A stretch of DNA of 64,000 nucleotides from a virus (lineage: Duplodnaviria; Heunggongvirae; Uroviricota; Caudoviricetes). Below are positions 34,201 to 43,510 of the stretch, in pieces (position 1 is the stretch's first letter; each line of letters opens with the position of its first letter). The DNA is taken from the IMG/VR virus record IMGVR_UViG_3300020451_002055. One strand, 5' to 3'. Made by a program: the position numbers and the translations under genes. The notes below the pieces were generated by a model. That model did not search any database. It had not been told where the DNA came from and was given only the letters and a program-made list of their open reading frames with translations.

Positions 34201-35250
34201 AAAAGCCTGCCTACCTGCAGGCACAGAGCTATAGGTTACGAGACGCATCAGTATGTCGTTCGTGTTTCTGATCCAGTTAAATGAGAGACCATTAGTGCAG
34301 ACGACTTGACCGTATCGAGGAGGTCTAAAAAAACCAGCGCTGTCAGTGTTTGGACGAGGGTCTCTTATCGCATAAGGCCTGCTCTTGAACAGTCTCGAAG
34401 CGATGCCGGAAGCATTGATTGAGAAATCAAACTCAAGACCGATTTCTATTGTAGAATATGTTGAAGTAATGCTCGATTCCCATCGAGTCGGCTGAGGATA
34501 GACAGAGTTTCGAGGAGTGATGCTAAAGATCAGCTTATTGACAGTGCTTTCATCATAGATTATCTCAAAATTGCTAGCAGTAACCCTTGCGGTTAGCTGG
34601 TCGAAATCGCGCTCGCCGGGAAGACCAATGTTCTCAACCGACATAACGGATTCAGAGATCGTCTCTGTTCCGTCATCAATAGCTAGCTGCCTAGGAGCAA
34701 CAGAGGAAACAACAACTCGGGTTTCTCTCGGAGCCCCATTATTGGTCATTCGGAAGAAAGGAATCTCGATCGTGTCGCCCGGAACAACGATGTCTCGCTC
34801 CGAATACGGTATGATGTATCCGAAGTCAGCAATACCGATGCCAGCCAAACCGAAGGTATTGACAACATATTCATCCGTGACTCTATTGTTGGCAAGATTG
34901 CCTTCGTTAATGGTTAGAGCATTACGAACTGCAAGCTCTTCCGCAGGATCCAGGTTGCCAACAACAATGATTTCGTCGGTATCTGGTCGAAAGTTGCCGC
35001 CATACTGAACTCCATCTGCGTCTACGCCGCTCTGGGTATCGAGGGTAACGCTTGTCAGGATGCGATCAGGATTCGGAGGGGACGACGGCACATCATGAAG
35101 ATAGGGATATCCTAAGAACGCAGGGATACCTGTGATCTGAATGACCGAAGTAGACGACTGAACGTCCTCAATACTCGTAAAGAACGGAGGAGGATCGCCC
35201 AAGTAGTATTCTTGGAAGAAAGTTACCTGACTTACATCAGACTGTGGCAT
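31225..35250 (-). CDS. large acidic beta-rich protein, probable virion/tail structural protein
   Basis: 1341 aa, Lys-poor, repeated 'T+.S+...+N' units. Confidence 0.65.
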   Translation of the reverse strand: MPQSDVSQVTFFQEYYLGDPPPFFTSIEDVQSSTSVIQITGIPAFLGYPYLHDVPSSPPNPDRILTSVTLDTQSGVDADGVQYGGNFRPDTDEIIVVGNLDPAEELAVRNALTINEGNLANNRVTDEYVVNTFGLAGIGIADFGYIIPYSERDIVVPGDTIEIPFFRMTNNGAPRETRVVVSSVAPRQLAIDDGTETISESVMSVENIGLPGERDFDQLTARVTASNFEIIYDESTVNKLIFSITPRNSVYPQPTRWESSITSTYSTIEIGLEFDFSINASGIASRLFKSRPYAIRDPRPNTDSAGFFRPPRYGQVVCTNGLSFNWIRNTNDILMRLVTYSSVPAGRQAFGIMTFRNNFGVPISFEVDKIQNRIRIEGEDVSGTLQAQIFLFATYTTLESIAQAVNDWIATIDGWDDVSLVVNRTEINNYVASEFLDGVTATDVNDTLDLSTTIDPISLNDPNYTWTVPLNDNTTFREILDVRASYENAYGQSLRLPVSDTEYGGMPDTWKDFPGLPKCLNNGEGDTSPGYRSENLTTFSGLFITNSRNDPSRFLYYYQETDTVNHSNFTTIQSVCDFLNSEAPFIQSTPGLYYGDVNSMAVAPNGTWRREGNTSLADIPETTSTDANKIVIRGGQDRIGGTATFPLYNLEDDFTTSIAGSTQTVDELSAIISARYPGIVSAGPLNGNGSVEVQEFGVLAPTSIANSGESAVIEAEFEQPRVASYQLDNFGTIESLVSTINQEWNSRDLVASIDTGTSDRPDAIPGNLNSFDVTQDMTVADVVFTGNVSAIDPPAAPREFIYLDYNLNWVGDVGPNIDEQGIQVALGGYRNSDGEYFINPAPNAFFEPGFNTLFDVTFSVIEADEIYILARTRQDVDATSYTSNPSDYQGLTRFSNGFPSEVTNGTQLNGSPFDVWEDADWNGGNTPAVFIIPAEANIMTLFADDTAILDSIQVQINNFPAELDEFAFLALNRTNLNASMTESQQGRVFGLVLDNRGIWDVLIGPEAEIRRVLDGEFDYLNFSFDHTTIDSDEAYNFEFFNSDNIDPAVLAAIDVIPVPGFPRVAVLRIEAGVKRYLSQLRAAAPANSLDGCSVDIDILVEGRESGAQGIARVTAFADYTCVFDIGLCDFFWNLTDPPNPEPPDAIENTLVISYQDYIDCQRLDVDGDGDNARLSFPLLITVEGVPVFETGNALLLIKGTYSASVEGYFFPSRSDFGTIQNPECGDLSDNEPLSDRLNQELVFIEDEDEPITDPVRISQIINGDAPYLYIKPRFLFPGIDTEFECGPNEIVIASIGYQFQDWEPGLRQDDILIGVDSIISNSTFSAPELEFCYKYYYRRET

Positions 35251-35259
35251 AGCCCTACC

Positions 35260-37917
35260 TTATACACGCTCAATAAGGGCGCTGGTTTCGACTTCGTTCA
35301 GATCGAACTCAGACTCTTCTCCGCCATCCCAGCGAACAAGCACCTTATTACCTTTCTTTCGGACAATTTTGCCTTCGCGTTGAGGGAAAGCAAGACCGCT
35401 GTTGCGACTTCTAACTCTATCGCCCGAGTTGAATCGACTATTCTCTCCCGGCTCGTAGTAGATCATTCGCTTTTCGCCTTCATGACGAGTAAGCTCTGGC
35501 TCTCCCGCCTGACCCGGAGGGTCGTATCCATCCGTCGAAGTGGCAGAACTCGCGTCTGCTTTGATATTCTTGTACCAATTTGAAGCCATAGTTGGACCTC
35601 CGTATCTAGATTCGATGTCAGAGCGTATGCTCTCTACAAAGGTCTCAGCCTGCATAGGATCGGCTATATTACCTGCTCCCTGCTCATCGAGAAGCCTCTG
35701 ATGTATATCTCGGATGAAACCGCTCTTAGGACTTAGAGTTGGGAAAAGTTCCATGAGTCTCCTCCCATCAACTAGCGGCTTCATGGGAGGCGGAGCAGCC
35801 ATATACTCTTCCATGCGAGAAAAACGATCGCCATATTCAGTTGCGTCATCGAGCGTTGAGACATCAGACTTGGCAGCGGCATCTGCCTGAGCATGCCATA
35901 TAACGAGCTTCCAAAGGTCATCTCGACCTTCTTGACCAGGTATAGTTGTCTTTTCTCTAAGCTTGCCCATTTGCCGCTTGCCCCAACTCTGACCATGAGC
36001 ATGCGGATACATGTGCTGCTGAACTATCATATTGACAATCTCTCGATCATCTCCTCCTATGCCGATGCTCTTGAGGAACTTTTCTGATAGCTCAGCGGAT
36101 ACATCTTCATGTCCGCGATAAGTCATATGATCAGGATTGCCATCCTTCGGTTGAGCGATCTCTGGATGCAGCTTGCCGAAGTCATGGAACCATGCGGCTA
36201 TCAGAGCAAGAGACCTATCTTTGCCATCGACTCCATTTTGAGCCATGACATCGTTGAGGTTCTTGACAACCTTTAGTGTATGCTCAAGCCAGTTGAGTTG
36301 ATGGTTTGGATTCCTTTGGTCCATCGTCGGCTCGCTAAGACCCTCAAACTCTGGCATATTCAGAAGAGCAGAATACATGCCAGTATCATAAAGGATACGG
36401 AGAGACGCCTCCGGAGTTGCTCCGTTGAACATCTTCATAATCTCCGGACCTGCTCGTTCTGGGGAGACCTTTGTCCTGTATGCTTCATGAACCTGAGGAT
36501 CAGACATTCCAGCTACAGTTTCCGGAGCTATCTGAGAACCCTCGTAGCGACTATGGAAACGAAGGACTCGCAGCATACGCAGCGGATCGTCGAGGAATGT
36601 CTGCGTAGGATCAAGAGGAGTGCGCAGAGTCAAAGTCTGCAAGTCTTGAAGGCCTCCAACGTAATCTTCTACTTGCCCGGTTCCGATGTTATAGAAGAGA
36701 GAGTTGATGGTCAAGTCTCTCCTGCGAGCATCTTCTTCTGGCGTGCCCGGCTTCATTTCCGGTATGCGACTATCAGAAGCATAGTCCTCTGTTCTTAGAT
36801 TCACGAAGTCGATCTTGAACGGACCGATCTGTATCGCCGTTGTTTCAAGATGCTTAGATGCATCAGGATTTTGATCTACAACGTAGCTCTTGCCTATGCC
36901 AGAGTTCGGGTTCTGTTGAGCATACTGTTCTGCGTACTTGCGAAACTCTTGTCCGGTCATCTTGTCAAGGGCGATGTCGATATCATCGCTTTGGGTTCCG
37001 AGCAAACGATCCCTAACCCAACCTCCGGCTACTCGGTATTGCTGACCAAGATTGAACTGCTGATCAATCGCTAGTATCGTTGAAAAGACCTGTTGCTCTT
37101 CCGCGGTAAGACTAAGACTCGGCGCTTGCTGAGCCGTCTTTACGGTAAAATCCGAGCTAGCCTCCTTCACGATCGTTCCCCAAAAGCCTGAATGCAGCCA
37201 ATACTCAGCAGAATACCTAGCTGGCTTTCTTTGTTCCTTGCTATCCGGATGTCGGTCCCACCTGAGAGACAAAGCTCTTTTGACTGCATCAAACTCGCTC
37301 TCAGCTACGATCTCTTCAACGATACGAAGAGCAGGCAGGTTGATGATATACTTCCGCTTTTCGCCCTTAGACTGAGCTACTTTCATTCGCTCAATACCCG
37401 GAGGACTGATCTGGTTATGAACGGGCACGGAAGAATTGATATCGGCAACGATCTTGCGGACTTGTTCTTCCGGTCCCTGCCTAGTAACAAGTATGCCAGT
37501 CACTCGGTTCTTGACATCAAGATGGCATCCCTTGCAAAGTATCGAGCCTCCAGCGACAACGCTATCCTCTAGATCGCTGATATCAATCATCAAAAAGCAC
37601 TTATAGGCCTTGACCAGGCTCGATGCTGCTTGAGGGGAGAAAAGGACAAGCGGAGCGGCATGACATACGAGATTATCTTCGAGAATGTCTCTTAGGTCAA
37701 CCGGGTCAAAAGGGAATAGACCGCTCTTGTAAGACTTAGAGCCAGAAAAAAGCGTATCAAAGAAGTGTCTTGGGGCAGATGCGACAGACGATTCTATTCC
37801 TCTGTACGCAAACAAACCGCAAGCCATACGGCTTGCGTCGTCTCTATCAAAGCCTCCGCTCGACCTAGAAGCTCCAATCGAGCGGATGATATCTATCAGT
37901 TCATCTGTCTCTTTCAT
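35260..37917 (-). CDS. cca: CCA-adding tRNA nucleotidyltransferase with HD domain and N-/C-terminal extensions
   Basis: VAGGWVRD.LLG..SDDIDIA, RRDLTINSLFY, DDPLRMLR, ER, EHT..V, WFHDFGK. Confidence 0.93.
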   Translation of the reverse strand: MKETDELIDIIRSIGASRSSGGFDRDDASRMACGLFAYRGIESSVASAPRHFFDTLFSGSKSYKSGLFPFDPVDLRDILEDNLVCHAAPLVLFSPQAASSLVKAYKCFLMIDISDLEDSVVAGGSILCKGCHLDVKNRVTGILVTRQGPEEQVRKIVADINSSVPVHNQISPPGIERMKVAQSKGEKRKYIINLPALRIVEEIVAESEFDAVKRALSLRWDRHPDSKEQRKPARYSAEYWLHSGFWGTIVKEASSDFTVKTAQQAPSLSLTAEEQQVFSTILAIDQQFNLGQQYRVAGGWVRDRLLGTQSDDIDIALDKMTGQEFRKYAEQYAQQNPNSGIGKSYVVDQNPDASKHLETTAIQIGPFKIDFVNLRTEDYASDSRIPEMKPGTPEEDARRRDLTINSLFYNIGTGQVEDYVGGLQDLQTLTLRTPLDPTQTFLDDPLRMLRVLRFHSRYEGSQIAPETVAGMSDPQVHEAYRTKVSPERAGPEIMKMFNGATPEASLRILYDTGMYSALLNMPEFEGLSEPTMDQRNPNHQLNWLEHTLKVVKNLNDVMAQNGVDGKDRSLALIAAWFHDFGKLHPEIAQPKDGNPDHMTYRGHEDVSAELSEKFLKSIGIGGDDREIVNMIVQQHMYPHAHGQSWGKRQMGKLREKTTIPGQEGRDDLWKLVIWHAQADAAAKSDVSTLDDATEYGDRFSRMEEYMAAPPPMKPLVDGRRLMELFPTLSPKSGFIRDIHQRLLDEQGAGNIADPMQAETFVESIRSDIESRYGGPTMASNWYKNIKADASSATSTDGYDPPGQAGEPELTRHEGEKRMIYYEPGENSRFNSGDRVRSRNSGLAFPQREGKIVRKKGNKVLVRWDGGEESEFDLNEVETSALIERV

Positions 37918-38142
37918 TTAGCCGCCCTTGCGCTTGCGATTACATCCGCACCCCTTACCCTTGCGACGATTGGTTTGCTGAACAGGCTTTGGCTTCGGCG
38001 CTCCTGCGTTAGGAGTTGCATTGTTCTGAGCAGGAGAGTTGCCTTGAGCAGATGCCTGCTTAGAGGCGTTGTAAGGAGTAAAACCTGAGCCCTTTTTGAT
38101 CTTACCTATGATACGATTTCTTTGGTCGTTGATGTTAGCCAT
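37918..38142 (-). CDS. small basic protein (GCGC C-terminus)
   Basis: Collinear ORF. Confidence 0.7.
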   Translation of the reverse strand: MANINDQRNRIIGKIKKGSGFTPYNASKQASAQGNSPAQNNATPNAGAPKPKPVQQTNRRKGKGCGCNRKRKGG

Positions 38143-38801
38143 TACATGATCCCCTCTACATCTTTTTCGATGCTTTCAAGTATTTGGACCAAAGCCATTC
38201 GAGCTTCGGCTGATTCTAGACTTTGCAACTGATCTCGAATCGTGTCTCTGAATCTCTCAATGAAGATCATGATTGGCTGCATGCCTTCTCGATGCTTCTC
38301 TAGTATCTCTTCGATATTCGTGGCCTCTTTCATCAGCTTGACCACGGCGTCGGAGTTCTTTCTCATTTGCTCTGAATTCGTGTTATCCGTATTCGCATTG
38401 AGCATATGAATCTGTCTGTCTATGAGAGTCAAGTACCCTTCGAGACGTTGCTCTTTGGACTGATAGTTGTTTAGCCATCCCTTCAGGTCATCCGCATAGT
38501 CTTTCATGCGAAGTTCAAGCAATGGCTTCATGAAGTGGTTCTCTAGATGGTTGCGAACCGCGTTTGGAGATATCTTTTCTCCGAGCCCATCTAGAAACTT
38601 GTAAACAGCAAAATAGTTACCGCTTGCCATGAACTTAGCTTCTGCATCATCCCTATGGATCGAGTTGCAGAGCTTACAGTTTGACTTGCAAACGGCTTCT
38701 CCGGTTAGTTCATCAGTGATTTTGAACAGATTTTCAAGCTTGTTCTGCTCAAGCGGCACAATCTCTTTACCCTGTTCGCTCTTGTTCTCTTTGTCTGACA
38801 T
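38142..38801 (-). CDS. hypothetical Zn-binding/HTH protein (possible terminase small subunit)
   Basis: CKLC...VRNHLENH then helical region; the function is a guess. Confidence 0.5.
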   Translation of the reverse strand: MSDKENKSEQGKEIVPLEQNKLENLFKITDELTGEAVCKSNCKLCNSIHRDDAEAKFMASGNYFAVYKFLDGLGEKISPNAVRNHLENHFMKPLLELRMKDYADDLKGWLNNYQSKEQRLEGYLTLIDRQIHMLNANTDNTNSEQMRKNSDAVVKLMKEATNIEEILEKHREGMQPIMIFIERFRDTIRDQLQSLESAEARMALVQILESIEKDVEGIM

Positions 38802-38809
38802 CAGTTACC

Positions 38810-39181
38810 TCAGAGGAAGCCCTTTGTAGGGCCTTTCTCGTTTGTCCACTTCTCTCGCTGACGCTTGAGGTTCTTTGCTCTTCGAACAATCTCATCCATA
38901 CTCGCAAGACAGTAATCAGAGAACTTGTATGGAGAGTCCAACGCTACGCTATCAGCCTGACCCAATACCTCAATAATCGCGGGATAGGAAGACAAGCTTT
39001 TCTCTGTCATAGCCTGCTGAACAAGAATACGAGCGCCTCTCTGAGTTTGAAAAATCAAACGAGAAGCATACGAAAGCATCGCTGCAATAGCTTCGAGCCG
39101 ACGAATCTTGTCGTTCAGCTTATTGCGATCTTCAAAGCTGTCCATTGCAAAGTCTGCTTGCGCTCGTTTGTACCAGTTCAT
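38810..39181 (-). CDS. hypothetical protein (MNWYKRAQ N-terminus)
   Basis: ATGA overlap with the upstream gene. Confidence 0.75.
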   Translation of the reverse strand: MNWYKRAQADFAMDSFEDRNKLNDKIRRLEAIAAMLSYASRLIFQTQRGARILVQQAMTEKSLSSYPAIIEVLGQADSVALDSPYKFSDYCLASMDEIVRRAKNLKRQREKWTNEKGPTKGFL

Positions 39182-39912
39182 TCTTTCCATCCTTGGTTGA
39201 TTGATATCTTGAACTCGCTAGTTGCATTCTCAAGACCTTCTGGACCGTCTCTCATAACGAGTCCGACTACGTTGTCTCCCTCGACAGTCGGATAGAGAAT
39301 CTCGTCTCCGCGGAAAGCTCCTTGGGCATGCATCGAATACTTCTGACCGAGTATACTGAACTCAAGACGAAGCGAACCGCTTTTACCCATGTAGAAGTTC
39401 TTCGCAGTCTTAACGCTCTTCTGAGTATTCGAAACTACCCGTTTGGCGCATAGCCTAGTCATTTCAGTTTGCAATGCAGATCGAAGTTGCTTAATCTCAG
39501 CTTCTCGGTTCTCCGAGTATCGGAACGAAAGAACATCAGCTATGATCGGCGTCAAATCGCCAAGGTCTGCATTTTGCAATCCGCCCTCTTGGGGTTGTTC
39601 GGGAGTTGATGGATCGTCCGGGTTATTCAAAAGGAGAGACTGACCCCAAGCGTTCTTGCCAATGCGGTGACCATCGCCATGAGCAGAGCTTCTAGGCAGG
39701 CTGCCTTCTAGCGAAGACAAATCCATATGATGATCTTCCGGTTGAAGCACTCCTCCGACAGTCGGGTTCTTTGATGCCGACGACTGCGGCTTAGGAATCG
39801 GCGCTCCTTTAGTCAAGTTAGCTTCTAGCGATCCAAGCATACTCTCAAGAGATTTTTGATGCTTGATCTCAGCCTCTAGTTCTGGGTCTCGTTTTTGACG
39901 TTCTTCAGCCAT
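39178..39912 (-). CDS. hypothetical protein
   Basis: Collinear ORF. Confidence 0.75.
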   Translation of the reverse strand: MAEERQKRDPELEAEIKHQKSLESMLGSLEANLTKGAPIPKPQSSASKNPTVGGVLQPEDHHMDLSSLEGSLPRSSAHGDGHRIGKNAWGQSLLLNNPDDPSTPEQPQEGGLQNADLGDLTPIIADVLSFRYSENREAEIKQLRSALQTEMTRLCAKRVVSNTQKSVKTAKNFYMGKSGSLRLEFSILGQKYSMHAQGAFRGDEILYPTVEGDNVVGLVMRDGPEGLENATSEFKISINQGWKE

Positions 39913-40552
39913 AGATTTCTCTCCGCTTTTGTTCAGCTATCAGCAGAGCCTCAGCCCTGTCTGAGTCTTTCTTCCTGTTGAATTGATCGTCTAGCTGGGG
40001 ATATAGCTCTACCGCCAAAGTCCTTGCCTCGTCCTTTGCATCGTCTTTCGCGGATTTCTTGCTAGACTCAAACTTCTTCTTAGCTTCGTCGTATTCCTTT
40101 CTCTCCGCTACAGAAGCTCGATTATAGTCAGCCTTTTTCATGGTCTTGAGTATATCAGGTTTGGTCATGTTCTTGAATAGTCTATCGCCATACTCTTTCT
40201 TCCATGACTGAGGAGTCACAAACTCAGGCTCCCATCCATAGGCTGCAAAAATACCTTCCCAAAGACCTACGCCTCTGCCGAAGTTGAACATGCTCGTTAC
40301 GCCCTGTCCGGGCATAGCGTGAACCTGTTCCATAACAACAACGACCTTGCGCTTCGCATACTTCTTGAAAAGGTCGCTCATGGACAGTTTGTCATACTCG
40401 CTCTTCTTTCTGGTCTTCTTGTTTCGGCCAGAAACTTCGACTTTGACAGTAGGAACATCAAAGACTTCGGTTGTATCATTCTTTATGTCTATGACCGCGA
40501 TGGCACCGTTTATGCCAGGGTCAATGCCAATAATTAGGTCTGGTTTCGTCAT
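39905..40552 (-). CDS. ruvC: RuvC-like Holliday junction resolvase
   Basis: IGIDPG..GA, VMEQV..MPGQGV.S.F.FG, P..WKK, D.AEALLIA. Confidence 0.9.
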   Translation of the reverse strand: MTKPDLIIGIDPGINGAIAVIDIKNDTTEVFDVPTVKVEVSGRNKKTRKKSEYDKLSMSDLFKKYAKRKVVVVMEQVHAMPGQGVTSMFNFGRGVGLWEGIFAAYGWEPEFVTPQSWKKEYGDRLFKNMTKPDILKTMKKADYNRASVAERKEYDEAKKKFESSKKSAKDDAKDEARTLAVELYPQLDDQFNRKKDSDRAEALLIAEQKRREIYG

Positions 40553-40805
40553 AGATAGGACTCTCCTATCTATATCTTCGTACCTTTGGGCAGAAAAACC
40601 TTGTGATGATTAGCTCAAGTGAAGAAGGAATGACGATAATAGTCGTGTATATGAAAACGCCGCTGGTGAAAGCGTAACAGCGGCAGGGAGAAGCACCGTC
40701 ACATGGACGACGAGCCTGGCAATAGTTGGTTACGCCGACTGAAACATTTGTTCTCGGAGTTAGTATCTGCATCGTTGATCGATGACGGTTGGAAGGGATG
40801 TCCTT

Positions 40806-41006
40806 ATGGAGACGATTGTATCTGCTCTCATTATGGGATTGGTAGTCGTTCTCTGGGACGTTGCCCGCATGTTCTTCCAGAGTTGGTGGATAACCCGAGA
40901 AATGCGCAAAGAGCAAACCCGACAACAAGGCAATCAGCCCGGTAAGGGTTGCTGCCCGAAGTGCTGCCCTTCATGTAAGCCTGAGAGTGAAGAAAAGGCA
41001 GAGTAA
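40806..41006 (+). CDS. small membrane protein with Cys-rich tail
   Basis: TM helix then CCPKCCPSC. Confidence 0.6.
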   Translation: METIVSALIMGLVVVLWDVARMFFQSWWITREMRKEQTRQQGNQPGKGCCPKCCPSCKPESEEKAE

Positions 41007-41016
41007 AATCCCCCTC

Positions 41017-41481
41017 ATGGGGTATACTCTCCTACTTATCGATTTTCAGTCAGGCTTCGAAGACGCTGATCCAGATTTTGAGTCTCGAATCCTTCGTCTA
41101 CTCGATCAGGCCATGCTTGATGGAGCGGATATCGTTCTATGCGAGTTCTTTCGGTTTGGAGCAACCTGGAAGTTCATCAGAGACAAGCTCAAAACCTATA
41201 ATCGCAAGCATGTTGTCCGAAAGAAAAACCAGAATGGCGGCTTTCATGTTCAAAGGAAGCTCCGGAGGCTAAAGCTTAAGCAGTTACATGAAGTAAAAGT
41301 AGCTGGTTTGTATGCTGAATGGTGCGTAAAGGATACTGTCATAACGCTAGCCCAGCTAATGCCTGATAGTCAATTCAGGATATTGAAGCCTTGCTGCATA
41401 CAGTTTGCAGCAACCAAAAAGCACGCATGGGAAAAGTACGATTGTTACCTGACGGACATAAAGAATCTGAGACTCGTCTGA
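41017..41481 (+). CDS. isochorismatase/nicotinamidase-family cysteine hydrolase
   Basis: LLLIDFQ, K, VAGLY..WCVKDT. Confidence 0.75.
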   Translation: MGYTLLLIDFQSGFEDADPDFESRILRLLDQAMLDGADIVLCEFFRFGATWKFIRDKLKTYNRKHVVRKKNQNGGFHVQRKLRRLKLKQLHEVKVAGLYAEWCVKDTVITLAQLMPDSQFRILKPCCIQFAATKKHAWEKYDCYLTDIKNLRLV

Positions 41482-41807
41482 CGAAAGTTGTTCATTGCAA
41501 AATCGATCCCTATGACGTTTACATAGGGAGAGGATCGCAATGGGGCAACCCGTTCAGTCATAGAGAAGGCACAAAAGCTGAGTTTGTTGTTTCCTCCCGC
41601 GACGAAGCCATCTCGAAGTATAGAGACTGGCTGATGGAACAGCCGCATTTACTGTCCCAACTTTCAACTCTCAAAGGTAAAACGCTTGGATGTTGGTGCA
41701 AGATACCGCAAGACCCGGATAGGCCTTGTCATGGCGATGTTCTCGCAGAACTAGCCGATAACCCTCCTGAAGGCATCAAAACGATTTACGATGACCTGGA
41801 TATATGA
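41427..41807 (+). CDS. DUF4326 family protein
   Basis: VVHCK..YDVYIGRGS.WGNPF..LKGKTLGCWC..CHGDVL; start uncertain. Confidence 0.88.
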   Translation: MGKVRLLPDGHKESETRLTKVVHCKIDPYDVYIGRGSQWGNPFSHREGTKAEFVVSSRDEAISKYRDWLMEQPHLLSQLSTLKGKTLGCWCKIPQDPDRPCHGDVLAELADNPPEGIKTIYDDLDI

Positions 41808-42163
41808 GGAATGAAATGAGCGACCAAGAACCACAGATCATTGTGACCGAACGCGCTGTTCAGGAAATCCGCAGCATCATGGAAGAGCAAGAGCTTGATC
41901 CAAATACCGCATTCTTGCGCGTCGGTGTCAAGGGCGGCGGATGCTCAGGATTCAGCTACGTTCTCGATCTGACTGAAAAGACGAAAGATTCGGATGAGAA
42001 GTTCGAGCAGCATGGCCTCAATATCGTATGCGACCCCAAGAGCCTTTTGTACTTGGACGGCACGACAGTTGACTTCAAGGACGAGATTATGATGAGAGGC
42101 TTCGTATTTACGAATCCGAATGCAACTAGTTCCTGCGGCTGCGGAAGTTCCTTTAGCGCATGA
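41804..42163 (+). CDS. iscA: A-type Fe-S cluster carrier (IscA/ErpA/HesB)
   Basis: LRVGVKGGGCSGFSY, NPNA..SCGCGSSF. Confidence 0.95.
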   Translation: MRNEMSDQEPQIIVTERAVQEIRSIMEEQELDPNTAFLRVGVKGGGCSGFSYVLDLTEKTKDSDEKFEQHGLNIVCDPKSLLYLDGTTVDFKDEIMMRGFVFTNPNATSSCGCGSSFSA

Positions 42164-42181
42164 GCATGCGATCTGCTCTTA

Positions 42182-42577
42182 TCAAGGAATAGCTCTCGAT
42201 GCTCCGGGCGGCGTATCTGACGGAGGTTGATCGTAACCAGGATCGTCAAACTCTCCAACGCCTCCGCCGCCGATAGGCCCAGGAACAGCAGGGCCGCCAG
42301 GAGTAAATGGAGGCGGCGGAGCAGGCGGAGGGGGTGGAGCCGCTGCTGCTACAAGACTGGTTTGAAAGTTGACGGCTGCCGTAGCAATGTCTGCGGGATA
42401 CCGACGCTCAAACTCTCTGATATTCGAAATGGCTGCCGCCCGAAACTCTCGCGTCTCTTGACTCGTTGGAGTTCCTAGAGCGTCATAGGTTTGCTGATCG
42501 TCATAGATCAGGTCAGCAACCTCAGTGTCCGTCAATCCGGACATAGCGGCTCTGGTATATGGGGTAAATGTTGCCAT
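42182..42577 (-). CDS. Pro-rich hypothetical protein
   Basis: Collinear with the epimerase; PPPPPAPPPP. Confidence 0.7.
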   Translation of the reverse strand: MATFTPYTRAAMSGLTDTEVADLIYDDQQTYDALGTPTSQETREFRAAAISNIREFERRYPADIATAAVNFQTSLVAAAAPPPPPAPPPPFTPGGPAVPGPIGGGGVGEFDDPGYDQPPSDTPPGASRAIP

Positions 42578-43498
42578 TTAGAGACCCCACCACTCAAGCG
42601 TTCTCTCGAAGCCCTCTTGGAACCCAACTTTGCCGGTATATCCAAGAACTTCTTTGGCTCGCGAAATATCTGCCTGCGAATGATCAACATCTCCTGCTCT
42701 TGGCGGAGCGTAGTTGACTTCAACATCTCTTAGCCCCTTGACTGTCTCAAGGATGTCATTCAACGAAATGCGATTGTTGCAACCAATATTGAACGCCTCC
42801 CCGCTAAAAGTCTTGTCGCTTGTTGCTGCGAGGATGTTGGCTTCAACAACGTTGTCTACAAAGCAAAAGTCCCTCGACTGTTCTCCGGTGCCATCAAGTC
42901 GTAACGGCGTGCCATCTCTAACGGCTTGCAACCATGCCGAAATAACGGTTGCATAGGCGTTATCGCCATACTGTCTCGGCCCGAAGACATTGAAGTATCT
43001 AAGGGATACGCAATCGAGGTCGTAAAGCTTGTTGAACATTCGCAAGTATTGCTCGCCTACAAGCTTCTGCAATGCGTAGGGAGATTGCGGGTTTGTTGGA
43101 GCAGTCTCCGGAGTAGGAAGCTGCTCTGCTCCGCCGTACACAGACGACGAAGATGAGAAAACGAAACGGCGACAGTTTCCTGACGCCGCTTCTAGAAGAC
43201 GTACCATCTTTCCTACATTCTCATCTGTTGTCAACGAAGGATGTTCTACTGAGTAGGAAACCCTCGGGACAGCAGCGAGATGCAAGATTACATCATATGC
43301 TCCATCTCGTACTCTGTCGAGTATTGCTTCATCTGAATAGTCTGAGATTATGAAATGCGCATGCGTTGCTTCTTCTACCCACTCAGTGAGTCTTGCGTCG
43401 TCCCAATCGGCAACATCTATTTTCCATCCAAGCTTAGAGCAAGCAATGGTCAAGTTGCTACCGATAAATCCGCATCCGCCTGTAATCAATGCTCTCAT
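42578..43498 (-). CDS. NAD-dependent nucleotide-sugar epimerase/dehydratase
   Basis: TGGCGFIGS, SSSSVYG, YALQK, LRYFNVFGP. Confidence 0.95.
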   Translation of the reverse strand: MRALITGGCGFIGSNLTIACSKLGWKIDVADWDDARLTEWVEEATHAHFIISDYSDEAILDRVRDGAYDVILHLAAVPRVSYSVEHPSLTTDENVGKMVRLLEAASGNCRRFVFSSSSSVYGGAEQLPTPETAPTNPQSPYALQKLVGEQYLRMFNKLYDLDCVSLRYFNVFGPRQYGDNAYATVISAWLQAVRDGTPLRLDGTGEQSRDFCFVDNVVEANILAATSDKTFSGEAFNIGCNNRISLNDILETVKGLRDVEVNYAPPRAGDVDHSQADISRAKEVLGYTGKVGFQEGFERTLEWWGL

Positions 43499-43510
43499 TC
43501 CGACTATCCT

